In this document: positions 9,866 to 17,809 of the stretch, piece after piece
Layout of the letters: every line of letters begins with the position of its first letter
How positions within the stretch are numbered: position 1 is the stretch's first letter
Origin: a virus
Direction: 5' to 3' (one strand)
Length of the DNA: 64,000 nt
Virus record (IMG/VR): IMGVR_UViG_3300042561_001059
Location: 1-64,000 of that record
The notes under the pieces: generated by a model
What the model saw: the letters and a program-made list of their open reading frames with translations, nothing else
Databases searched by the model: none
Told to the model about the DNA's origin: nothing
Program-made: the position numbers and the translations under genes

Positions 9866-9892
9866 GGACCTGAGCATGTCCTTAAACTGCTC
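9866..9892 (+). ncRNA. 27-nt H-type pseudoknot motif, copy 1
   Basis: GGAC/GTCC stem 1; GAGCA/TGCTC stem 2. Confidence 0.75.
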
Positions 9893-9920
9893 TGCAAACA
9901 CTACATTGAATCCACCGCAA

Positions 9921-10094
9921 ATGGCACATCAACTCGACAACAATTACAACGCTGACTTGCTTGATGCCATGGCAGATTATGCTTATGAGCAAGACCAAGC
10001 AATGCGTGAGTCTAGTCCGCAAGATTGGCTTGCTTCTCCTGAAGAATCAAATGATTCTTTTGATGAACTTCACTTATCCAAACTCTACTTCTAA
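9921..10094 (+). CDS. small acidic hypothetical protein
   Basis: start MAHQLD just downstream of the pseudoknot. Confidence 0.45.
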   Translation: MAHQLDNNYNADLLDAMADYAYEQDQAMRESSPQDWLASPEESNDSFDELHLSKLYF

Positions 10095-10096
10095 CC

Positions 10097-10540
10097 ATGG
10101 AACAAACTCAAACTCAACAACGCAATGATGATGTCTTTCTACACGTCATTGCAATTGTCTACACACTGATCACACTATTATTCCAATTTATTTCCCAACT
10201 ATGGCACTTCATCCAGTCACCCAAGAAATCGCTGCAACTTTTGGTTACCAACCCTTCGACGAAGAAGAAGGGCAGCAGCAGTACCAGGCAGAGTGCGACT
10301 TCCAGAACGCACCAAAGGGAGCAATCCCCTGCACTGGTAACGTCTACAGAAACAAACAGGGAGTCCTCCGTTGCTATTGGATTCCAGCCGGAGACAACTA
10401 CTCGGCAGAGGAAAAGGACGACCTCACGGGTTGGTACGACATCCCAACCAACGAAGAAATCGAGGAGTGGTCGTTCGACAGCATCTGCTTCACACCTGGA
10501 GAAGACGAAGTCGAACCAGACCACCCAGACAGTTGGCTGA
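10097..10540 (+). CDS. hypothetical TM protein overlapping the next gene
   Basis: N-terminal TM helix; Ser/Thr/Arg tail overlaps 10201-10560 in another frame. Confidence 0.35.
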   Translation: MEQTQTQQRNDDVFLHVIAIVYTLITLLFQFISQLWHFIQSPKKSLQLLVTNPSTKKKGSSSTRQSATSRTHQREQSPALVTSTETNRESSVAIGFQPETTTRQRKRTTSRVGTTSQPTKKSRSGRSTASASHLEKTKSNQTTQTVG

Positions 10541-10560
10541 GAATACTTGGCTTGATCTAA
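10201..10560 (+). CDS. hypothetical protein
   Basis: 119 aa; acidic, ends with VEPDHPDSWL. Confidence 0.6.
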   Translation: MALHPVTQEIAATFGYQPFDEEEGQQQYQAECDFQNAPKGAIPCTGNVYRNKQGVLRCYWIPAGDNYSAEEKDDLTGWYDIPTNEEIEEWSFDSICFTPGEDEVEPDHPDSWLRILGLI

Positions 10561-10630
10561 GTCAAGTATTGTCTAGCCACAAGAAACTACCGATACTATC
10601 CAAGTATTAGCTAATCAACTAATACAAAGG

Positions 10631-10653
10631 TTATTGAGAACTCTTTGCAATAA
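10631..10653. promoter_or_regulatory. Fur-box-like palindrome
   Basis: TTATTGAGAACTCTTTGCAATAA vs cyanobacterial Fur-type TTATTGAGAATNATTCTCAATAA. Confidence 0.5.
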
Positions 10654-10665
10654 CCTTTAATAAAT

Positions 10666-10703
10666 CTTGGGCGTCCACATACTTATGTGGTGTAAGTCCC
10701 AAG
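10666..10703 (+). ncRNA. bulged hairpin motif (TGGGC..TGTAAGTCCCA), copy 1
   Basis: second copy at 15439-15466. Confidence 0.55.
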
Positions 10704-10733
10704 ATCAATCTTTAAACCAACTGCATCTTTACT

Positions 10734-11057
10734 ATGTCACAAACCCAACTTCATTTTGAATCACGCACTTACAAACTTTCAGATGGTACTGAAAAAGTTT
10801 ATGTAATGCACGATGATAGACGCATTGAACTCATAATCAAAGAACTTAAGGCCATCGTTAAACGAGAAGACGAACGTCCACTTGGATACAATGATCTTCC
10901 ATATGGTTCGGAAGAACAACTATTGGAAGCCATTGATCTTCTTGAGAAAGCAATCGAATGGCCTGGTGATATCAAAGATTCATATGGTGAACCACCTATC
11001 ACCATGGCTGAGATGCACTCTGCTGCATGGAAAGAACATCAAGAAGCCCATCGCTAA
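10734..11057 (+). CDS. hypothetical protein
   Basis: 107 aa ending GEPPITMAEMHSAAWKEH; flanked by Fur-like boxes. Confidence 0.6.
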   Translation: MSQTQLHFESRTYKLSDGTEKVYVMHDDRRIELIIKELKAIVKREDERPLGYNDLPYGSEEQLLEAIDLLEKAIEWPGDIKDSYGEPPITMAEMHSAAWKEHQEAHR

Positions 11058-11077
11058 TTGCGAACCATTCTCAATAA
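11055..11077. promoter_or_regulatory. Fur-box-like palindrome
   Basis: TAATTGCGAACCATTCTCAATAA. Confidence 0.55.
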
Positions 11078-11080
11078 CCT

Positions 11081-11116
11081 ACTCATGTCATGGGTGTTAC
11101 AACTCATGTCATGAGT
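11081..11116. promoter_or_regulatory. tandem palindromic operator-like sites
   Basis: ACTCATG-T-CATGGGT and ACTCATG-T-CATGAGT, 21 bp apart. Confidence 0.45.
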
Positions 11117-11178
11117 AGTTCCACTTGACAGAGAGTGGTAAGCTAACAACATTCAACTACTTCACATCATTCAAAACA

Positions 11179-11397
11179 ATGTCTGCACTTAACGACACTC
11201 CTAAACCACGCATCCCTGACTCAGTAGATCTCCAGAGATTGCAAGCTATGCAACTCGTAGCCAAGATGAAAGAGTCTGCTGATCGTCATGGTATTGGCTT
11301 CGTCGGTGGCTTTATCAGCCCCGACGGACAAAAGTTTATGATGACCAATATGGACGAAGCAGATACTCAAATGCTTCTTCCAGATGACTTGAGGTGA
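11179..11397 (+). CDS. hypothetical protein
   Basis: start MSALND downstream of extended -10 TGGTAAGCT. Confidence 0.5.
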   Translation: MSALNDTPKPRIPDSVDLQRLQAMQLVAKMKESADRHGIGFVGGFISPDGQKFMMTNMDEADTQMLLPDDLR

Positions 11398-11548
11398 ACA
11401 ATGACTAACGCAGACGCTTTATTAATTTGTGTTGCAATTATCTGTGGAACACTCATTGTTCTTAAACGAAGTTAAACATGAGTACATTCTTATTATTCAT
11501 CATCTGCTTTATCCTTGGTTATCTAATAACAAATCAATTGATTAACAA

Positions 11549-11716
11549 ATGACTAAACAAATTATCTACAAAGAAATTATTGAGATTGATGGTCGAGAAT
11601 ACAAAGTTGCAGACTTTGATTATTCTCAGTTTGTAAACGACGCCATCAACCAAAACTTTATTTCAGATGACAACCAAGAGATCATTAACTGGGTTGTTGA
11701 CGACATTGTAAATTAA
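11549..11716 (+). CDS. small hypothetical protein
   Basis: 55-aa ORF MTKQIIYKEIIEIDG, read by hand. Confidence 0.45.
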   Translation: MTKQIIYKEIIEIDGREYKVADFDYSQFVNDAINQNFISDDNQEIINWVVDDIVN

Positions 11717-11718
11717 CA

Positions 11719-11919
11719 ATGACTCAAAAAAAATCACCTATCAATTTTGATAAAACAATCGCAGGCTTTAACATCACAGAACGAGGTGTTAAATCTTATA
11801 CCAAGTCAATTAAACTTGGTCCGTTCCAAGTAACATTCAATGCACGTGAATCGGGTGTGCATGGATCTATTAGTATTCCAGGCACAGGTCTATCCAAAAG
11901 AAATATCAAACTACTTTGA
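11719..11919 (+). CDS. DUF4236-like small protein
   Basis: KSIKLGPF...SISIPGTGLS motif. Confidence 0.5.
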   Translation: MTQKKSPINFDKTIAGFNITERGVKSYTKSIKLGPFQVTFNARESGVHGSISIPGTGLSKRNIKLL

Positions 11920-12054
11920 CCAAACATTAAGACAATATAAAGATCCCCCTACAACCCCCTGGTAACAGCCAGTACCATGAAGAACTCTCTATTACGTTAC
12001 TTAATATCTACCATTTATTAGTACTATCAATATCCATTAATTAACTATTGATCA

Positions 12055-12081
12055 CGTCCTGGACATGACGTTAAACTGTCC
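12055..12081 (+). ncRNA. pseudoknot motif, copy 2
   Basis: CGTC/GACG; GGACA/TGTCC. Confidence 0.75.
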
Positions 12082-12103
12082 ATGTCTTATCCCAACTCAA
12101 CCC

Positions 12104-12301
12104 ATGAATTCATCTCAGTTATTCGCAATGACTGCTTTGATGGAAACCTATGGTGGTACATTTGTATCATCTATTTCCCAAGCACTACGCTATGCAGATC
12201 CAGTGAATCGTCAAAAGCTTCTTGATGCATTCCCTGATCTTGTGGAGAAGTATGGTCCTAACTCTCAATTCATGAAACCCAAAGAACTCATGGAGGTCTA
12301 A
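12104..12301 (+). CDS. hypothetical protein
   Basis: YGGTFVSSISQALRYADPVNRQKLLDAFP, a pattern common in phage early genes. Confidence 0.55.
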   Translation: MNSSQLFAMTALMETYGGTFVSSISQALRYADPVNRQKLLDAFPDLVEKYGPNSQFMKPKELMEV

Positions 12302-12304
12302 TCA

Positions 12305-12562
12305 ATGACAGTACTTGCTATTGAAAACACAATTATTGATGGTTCCAATGTCACAGTTACAGCAGTTGTTGAGGACATGCGTTTGCTTTACAAAGCAACT
12401 CGCGATGACCCTGAAGAATGGGCTCCAGCTCTGTGCACAACATCTTTTGAGTTGGATCCAGAGCAGCCAATTCCTACAGACGAAGATAGTTTCTGTAACT
12501 ATCTGTCTGATCTCAGTCTTAACTGGGAACTCGTTGACACATCTGATTACAACCTAGATTAA
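12305..12562 (+). CDS. hypothetical protein
   Basis: 85-aa ORF, coupled to neighbours. Confidence 0.55.
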   Translation: MTVLAIENTIIDGSNVTVTAVVEDMRLLYKATRDDPEEWAPALCTTSFELDPEQPIPTDEDSFCNYLSDLSLNWELVDTSDYNLD

Positions 12563-12783
12563 TGATTGGTTTTTCAATCGAATTCAAACGTTGGTATTTG
12601 GTTATTCGTGGACCCAAAGGTCGGGTTTACTCCGCCTTTGGATTCGCTAATCAAATGCCAGTCATGCTACCAGATCGTTCAATAACATTGGACGAATACC
12701 TAGCAAATTATGATAATCATCTTGTCTTTACTGATGATCATCTTGTCTTTACCTGCAACGGTAAAGAAATCATGAGGTTTTAA
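12562..12783 (+). CDS. hypothetical protein with internal 21-bp tandem duplication
   Basis: DNHLVFT-DDHLVFT at 12711-12752. Confidence 0.45.
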   Translation: MIGFSIEFKRWYLVIRGPKGRVYSAFGFANQMPVMLPDRSITLDEYLANYDNHLVFTDDHLVFTCNGKEIMRF

Positions 12784-12788
12784 TCATT

Positions 12789-12815
12789 GGTCCTGAGCAT
12801 GACCTTAAACTGCTC
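12789..12815 (+). ncRNA. pseudoknot motif, copy 3
   Basis: GGTC/GACC; GAGCA/TGCTC. Confidence 0.75.
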
Positions 12816-12844
12816 AACACTACGAACTTAACTCCGAACACACT

Positions 12845-14584
12845 ATGCATTTTCATTTGCCTTCTAACTTGCAAACTGAGTTGATTGCGTATGACCCAGT
12901 CCTTAAGAAGCTGGCACGCAATACAAATCCAAAACCTAAAACCAAGAAATCAACTTATCCGCTTGGTAATCCCAAAGGATTAATTCCTGTTGATGTAGTG
13001 CGTGAGTCTATGCTTGACGACGCTATTAAAAACATTAACTCTTGTCCTGCATCTGATCGACATCAGAAGTTTACTCGTATTGTAAATGGTGAAGTAATTG
13101 TTACTGCCATCCTTTATCACTACGAGCAATGTTGGTATGCAGCATGGCTACCACCCAAAGAGAAAGAGGATAAGTATGTGTATGGCTATGCCTTTGCATT
13201 CAAAGATACAAAAGCTGCTCACGATATTGTTCCTAAAGTAATTATTAATTCAATTGATTCTTATCAACAAATAATCACTGGTCGCTCTTTGATGTACCAG
13301 CATCAAGAGGTTGTGACAATAGAATCAATCCGTAATGGACAGACGAATCGCAATTGGAATATCCCAAGTGCTGCTGCTTATTACAAAAAGAGTAAAGAGC
13401 TCTATCAAATTATTAAAGCATTTGAATCCCAATTGATAACTACAATTCCTGTATGGAAAGATTCACCTAATATCTTTGATCGTATTGCAAATAAAACTAA
13501 TCTTGCTTCTATTGTTTTCCAAGGATCATTAGAAATTAGTGATGAATATTGGCTTCAGTATGGAGACAAATCAAAATGGAAGGCTTCATATGAAAACCTA
13601 TTTGGTTTGATTACTTACCATGCACACACTAGTTGTTATGCCGGTGATGAATATAAAGCATACAATAAAATACTTCACATTATTTCTAAGCCATTCTTTA
13701 AGAAATGGATTCAAGCAAAATGTGATGAAGTTAATGCAATGCACCTTGATGAAACAAATGAATACCGTAGTTATATCAATAGACCATGGAAAATTATGAA
13801 AAAACTTTTAGCACGTATCTATGCTATTCATAAGATTTGGCCTGATTGCCCTATTGATTATTATCAAAATCATATTGAACAATTGATTAGTATTGACTTT
13901 ACCCGTCAATCGCCAACCACTGCGGTATCTGATTGGCTTGGTAAGCACATGCCTGTTGCATCGTTCTTCCAGATTATTACTAAACAATATGAGAAGGAAC
14001 GCCATGATGCTCAGACAAAAAACATGCAACGTTATTTCTTTGATGAACATCTTGGGCTTAGTGTTTACAGATTCTATGAATGGGCAGATACTATCTCAAT
14101 GCTTTGTCGTATTCTTGAAAGAGAAGAACACAAAGATTTTGCTCCGCCAAAGCGGTGGCGCATTGAAGAGTTTCATGACTATGTCCAGGCAGAAGCATGG
14201 AAGATTAGAAATCCAAACCATGCCTTACCTCAAGACTTGTTTCCAATACCTGTCAAAATTGAATTGGGTTCCAGTAATTGGTCTTTCTTTCAACCAATTG
14301 ATACCCATCAACTTGGCGAATGGGGACAAGCGGTTCGTAACTGTGTAGGTAACGCTGCCCATTACGCAGAAGGTGTGCGTAAAAAACAACACTTTATTGT
14401 GTTGTGTTTGATTGACAGCAAACCAAACTTCACAGTTCAACTCGAAGTCAGTAACGGTTTGATGTCCGTCAAACAAATCGTTGGGCTATCAAATACCAAG
14501 CTTACGCCGGAACAACAAGAGCTGTACACCACAGCATTTGGCATGGCTTTGCAAGCTCGTGAATCTGAGCTAGTATCTGCTTAG
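12845..14584 (+). CDS. PcfJ-like domain protein
   Basis: C-terminal LGEWGQAVRNCVG..Y..FTVQL..QIVGLSN resembles the PcfJ-like domain. Confidence 0.6.
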   Translation: MHFHLPSNLQTELIAYDPVLKKLARNTNPKPKTKKSTYPLGNPKGLIPVDVVRESMLDDAIKNINSCPASDRHQKFTRIVNGEVIVTAILYHYEQCWYAAWLPPKEKEDKYVYGYAFAFKDTKAAHDIVPKVIINSIDSYQQIITGRSLMYQHQEVVTIESIRNGQTNRNWNIPSAAAYYKKSKELYQIIKAFESQLITTIPVWKDSPNIFDRIANKTNLASIVFQGSLEISDEYWLQYGDKSKWKASYENLFGLITYHAHTSCYAGDEYKAYNKILHIISKPFFKKWIQAKCDEVNAMHLDETNEYRSYINRPWKIMKKLLARIYAIHKIWPDCPIDYYQNHIEQLISIDFTRQSPTTAVSDWLGKHMPVASFFQIITKQYEKERHDAQTKNMQRYFFDEHLGLSVYRFYEWADTISMLCRILEREEHKDFAPPKRWRIEEFHDYVQAEAWKIRNPNHALPQDLFPIPVKIELGSSNWSFFQPIDTHQLGEWGQAVRNCVGNAAHYAEGVRKKQHFIVLCLIDSKPNFTVQLEVSNGLMSVKQIVGLSNTKLTPEQQELYTTAFGMALQARESELVSA

Positions 14585-14635
14585 CCCCCACAGGCTGGCC
14601 AGTCCTATTCTGTTGAGTAGGGCTGGCCTTATCAA

Positions 14636-14854
14636 ATGACTAACTACACCGACGATCAACTCCTGGCCATGGCCATGGCAAACATTGGAGAATTCATTCA
14701 TGACAATTCACCTCATTATGTATTGATCGAAAAAGATCCACGTAATGAAGATGATTACGATAGTTGGACTTACGGTATGGAAGTCCTGCCTAGTGATCAC
14801 ACTTGGTATCACACATCAATTGATGTGAGTGTAAATCCAAGTGAGCCTGAGTAG
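14636..14854 (+). CDS. hypothetical protein
   Basis: 72 aa; stop overlaps the tRNA 5' end. Confidence 0.45.
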   Translation: MTNYTDDQLLAMAMANIGEFIHDNSPHYVLIEKDPRNEDDYDSWTYGMEVLPSDHTWYHTSIDVSVNPSEPE

Positions 14855-14917
14855 CCCAGCGGAAGAGGCAAACGACTTAAAATCGTTCCAGCGTGGGTTC
14901 GAATCCCTCCTCAGGCA
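14845..14917 (+). tRNA. tRNA-Leu(UAA), short variable loop, no encoded CCA
   Basis: GCCTGAG/CTCAGGC acceptor stem; AACGA-CTTAAAA-TCGTT anticodon arm; GGTTCGAATCC T-loop. Confidence 0.85.
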
Positions 14918-14935
14918 GTTTTTTATTTTACATCT

Positions 14936-15436
14936 ATGAGCCACGCTAAAGCAGCTTTACTACAAGCTTATAAAAAGGGTTATAGAGTTAAAGATAATGT
15001 TGTTTATGGCATTATTAAAAAACAACCTTTAAAATTAAGTTGTTCTCAATCTGGTTATTTATTTTTTAATATAAAACTTGGATCAAGAACACTTAAAGTA
15101 TTTTTGCATCGTTTAGTTGCTTATGAAAAATATCAAGACAAATTATTTGAACCAGGAATATTGGTTCGCCATTTAAATGGAAACAGTAAAGACAATTCAT
15201 TTGAAAACATTTCTATTGGAACACAAACAGAAAACATGTTAGATAGAAGTCCTGAAGAACGACTAAACCATGCAATTAAAGCATCTAGTTTTAAACGTAA
15301 ATTTACAAATGAAAAAGTAAGTCAAATTAAACTTGATCATGCAAACGGTTTAGGTTATAAAGCTTTAATGGAAAAATATTGCATTACTTCTAAAGGAACT
15401 TTGCATTATATTCTTACGCGTGAATATGTAACTTAA
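14936..15436 (+). CDS. HNH homing endonuclease
   Basis: LHRLVA...VRHLNGNSKDNSFENISIGTQTENM; AT-richer than its flanks. Confidence 0.8.
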   Translation: MSHAKAALLQAYKKGYRVKDNVVYGIIKKQPLKLSCSQSGYLFFNIKLGSRTLKVFLHRLVAYEKYQDKLFEPGILVRHLNGNSKDNSFENISIGTQTENMLDRSPEERLNHAIKASSFKRKFTNEKVSQIKLDHANGLGYKALMEKYCITSKGTLHYILTREYVT

Positions 15437-15438
15437 AT

Positions 15439-15466
15439 CTGGGCATTCGTAAGATGTAAGTCCCAG
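15439..15466 (+). ncRNA. bulged hairpin motif, copy 2
   Basis: CTGGGCATTCGTAAGATGTAAGTCCCAG. Confidence 0.55.
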
Positions 15467-15495
15467 GTACCAAACCTTTACTTAACTCAAACATC

Positions 15496-15858
15496 ATGTC
15501 AATCTTTTCTGTTGTCAAACATCTCATTCCTCAACCCCATGCTTTCATGGATGAGGATAAACGCTACAACCTTGGACTTACTTGGACTGATACAGAGGGT
15601 CTGACTGACTCCCACAATCTGGAACTCAAGTACGTTCGTAACTCAGAACGTCTTGCACTCCAGGGGCAGCCACAGCCTGATGGCAGTTGGCAATACACAG
15701 AAGCCAACGGTACAGTCCATACCATTTCAGCGGATCGTGCTGCAGCATTCATGGAAAAAACTCATGAGCATGCAACGATCATGTGTCAAATGCTTGACAG
15801 ATTAAAAGAAGCTGGAATTGTTGGTCAAACAATTGACACCAGTGCACAGCCTGCGTAA
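15496..15858 (+). CDS. hypothetical protein
   Basis: 120-aa ORF. Confidence 0.55.
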   Translation: MSIFSVVKHLIPQPHAFMDEDKRYNLGLTWTDTEGLTDSHNLELKYVRNSERLALQGQPQPDGSWQYTEANGTVHTISADRAAAFMEKTHEHATIMCQMLDRLKEAGIVGQTIDTSAQPA

Positions 15859-15861
15859 TCT
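15833..15861 (+). promoter_or_regulatory. sigma70-type promoter
   Basis: TTGACA-N17-TAATCT. Confidence 0.5.
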
Positions 15862-15903
15862 ATTAATGTGTTTTGGGTGCCCCCAGCAATGGGGGCTTTT
15901 CAT

Positions 15904-16233
15904 ATGATTTCAAACAAACCAAGTCCACCTATTAATCTTGATCTTGTTGATCAGGTATGTAAACACATACCTACCCAGGGTTGGTCTTTTGTTAAAGAAC
16001 AATTGATTGATGCAATTGTAGATGCAATGCCAACTCACATCCTCGAAAAACTAACAGGTGATCCAACAGGTGATGACCGTGCTATTGAAATACTTGATGA
16101 CTATTACAAACCAAATGAACGCAACCAGGATTTGATTGTTGATTCTTTTAAGATTCTTGGTGAAGAACAAACAATTTATTTGCTTGATCTTCTTCAGTTA
16201 GATAAAACAAACCTTGTTGAAACTAATGACTGA
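15904..16233 (+). CDS. hypothetical protein
   Basis: start MISNKP. Confidence 0.5.
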   Translation: MISNKPSPPINLDLVDQVCKHIPTQGWSFVKEQLIDAIVDAMPTHILEKLTGDPTGDDRAIEILDDYYKPNERNQDLIVDSFKILGEEQTIYLLDLLQLDKTNLVETND

Positions 16234-16263
16234 TCTCGTTAAAGAACTTACTAAACCAAAGTA

Positions 16264-16482
16264 ATGCCTGCTATACAAATTGCTTGTATCAATTGTGAAA
16301 GTAAAGAAACATTTGTTGTGTCTTCCAGTCAAGACCCAGAAGGTAAGATTGTAAGACGCAGGAAATGTAATAAGTGCAATCACCGTTGGTATACATTGCA
16401 ATATCCTGAGGTTGAAATCTCTAGATATCAATTGGCTTGGTACAACAAAAAACCATTTATTAAAAAACAAATCAATGTCTAA
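16264..16482 (+). CDS. NrdR-like zinc-ribbon protein (no ATP cone)
   Basis: CINC..ETFVVSS..IVRRRKCNKCNHRWYT matches the NrdR N-terminus. Confidence 0.6.
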   Translation: MPAIQIACINCESKETFVVSSSQDPEGKIVRRRKCNKCNHRWYTLQYPEVEISRYQLAWYNKKPFIKKQINV

Positions 16483-16780
16483 ACACAAAAAAATTATCCG
16501 CTTTCAACCAGGAGATCGCGTTGCTGAAAAACCTAAAGCAACATTTATCCCTAACATTTCAAGATGGAAAGCTGACATTGTTGCAAAGAATTGCACACAA
16601 CGTTATGGAATAATTATTGCTATTAAACAAAAGAAGAACAGCAATGGGACAGAGTCTACTTACTGTCAAGTAAAGTGGGACAACAATACAACAGGCGAGC
16701 ACGCACAATGCCGCCTTTGTTTTGAATCTGATTTGCCTCAAATTCTTGAAGACTACACAGCGAAACTTTATGGCAACTGA
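16475..16780 (+). CDS. hypothetical SH3-like protein
   Basis: RFQPGDRV...YCQVKWD. Confidence 0.45.
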   Translation: MSKHKKIIRFQPGDRVAEKPKATFIPNISRWKADIVAKNCTQRYGIIIAIKQKKNSNGTESTYCQVKWDNNTTGEHAQCRLCFESDLPQILEDYTAKLYGN

Positions 16781-17396
16781 ATTAATCTGGGCTACGCCTA
16801 ATGCAGAACAACTTATTGTACGGATGGCTCGGGTTAGTAATCCGTCTAATGAATCTAATATGGATACGGCTCCAGGGTTATTACGGTATTTAGTTAAACA
16901 TCAACACTGGTCACCATTTGAAATGGCAAATCTTTGCGTAAAAATTTCAACGCAACGTGACATTTCTACACAAATTCTTAGGCATCGAAGCTTTACATTT
17001 CAAGAATTTTCTACACGTTATGCAGTAACTAGTTGTACAACAACATTGCCAATGTTACGTCGGCAAGATTATAAGAATCGTCAAAATTCTTTTGATGATT
17101 TAGATCAAGAACTTATTAATAAGTATGAAGAAAAAATGTTAGCTTTGTTAATGAACGCAAATAATTTATATACTGAAATGTTAGAAGACGGCATTGCTAA
17201 AGAAACAGCAAGACGTATTCTTCCATTATGCACAGACACAACGTTATATATGAATGGAACATTGCGTTCGTGGATTCATTATCTTCAATTGCGTTGTGAT
17301 AAAGCAACTCAATTAGAACATCGTCAAATTGCTAACAACATTAAAGATATTTTTACTGAACAGTTTCCAATTATTTCAGAAGCTGTATTTAGTTAA
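16770..17396 (+). CDS. thyX: FAD-dependent thymidylate synthase
   Basis: HWSPFE, QILRHRSFTFQEFSTRY, ETARRILP, GTLRSWIHYLQLR motifs. Confidence 0.95.
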   Translation: MATELIWATPNAEQLIVRMARVSNPSNESNMDTAPGLLRYLVKHQHWSPFEMANLCVKISTQRDISTQILRHRSFTFQEFSTRYAVTSCTTTLPMLRRQDYKNRQNSFDDLDQELINKYEEKMLALLMNANNLYTEMLEDGIAKETARRILPLCTDTTLYMNGTLRSWIHYLQLRCDKATQLEHRQIANNIKDIFTEQFPIISEAVFS

Positions 17397-17509
17397 ACAA
17401 CTGCAGTAGGTTGTTTACCTAATGCTTTAACAGCATGAAGAAATTCGATTTGCTTTCGAATTTCTTTTGCTTTTTTATTTGTCAGATAAATAATAAATCC
17501 AGTTTTCAT
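17393..17509 (-). CDS. 38-aa small protein coupled to the DUF4278 gene
   Basis: MKTGFIIYLTNKKAKEIRKQIEFLHAVK; ATGA overlap. Confidence 0.4.
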   Translation of the reverse strand: MKTGFIIYLTNKKAKEIRKQIEFLHAVKALGKQPTAVV

Positions 17510-17658
17510 TTGATTAGTCCTCCAACGTAATAAGGAAGATAACGGATATTGCGATAAGTCAAGCTAAGCCAAGGACGGTGTGCTAAATTCCACCAGTCTT
17601 TGTTTTTCTTATCTTCTTCTTCTTTGTTGTATGTACAACCGCGATAGGTAAGAGTCAT
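17506..17658 (-). CDS. DUF4278-like small protein
   Basis: MTLTYRGCTY...LTYRNIRY (50 aa, read by hand). Confidence 0.65.
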   Translation of the reverse strand: MTLTYRGCTYNKEEEDKKNKDWWNLAHRPWLSLTYRNIRYLPYYVGGLIK

Positions 17659-17664
17659 TACTTC

Positions 17665-17725
17665 TGTATCTGTTGCTACAGACACTGTACATTAATTACA
17701 TAATTTATGTAGTTCACAGTGTTAC
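17665..17725 (-). promoter_or_regulatory. NtcA-type promoter with two boxes
   Basis: GTA-N8-AAC-N22-TACAGT on the minus strand, plus a perfect TGTA-N8-TACA at 17665-17680. Confidence 0.6.
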
Positions 17726-17730
17726 ACCCA

Positions 17731-17757
17731 CGTCCTAGATATGACGTTAAACTGTCT
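17731..17757 (+). ncRNA. pseudoknot motif, copy 4
   Basis: CGTC/GACG; AGATA/TGTCT (one G-U pair). Confidence 0.7.
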
Positions 17758-17809
17758 ATGACATATTAGTTTTATTAATGTATTTGTATTCAATCCAACT
17801 TAACTTAAT

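Noticed and set aside
11125-11144. TTGACA as the -35 of the TAAGCT -10
   Set aside because: Spacing is only 8 nt.
12711-12752. 21-bp in-frame tandem duplication
   Set aside because: Two copies only; simple slippage event.
17687-17699. Additional GTA..TAC as an NtcA box
   Set aside because: Spacer is 7 nt, not 8.
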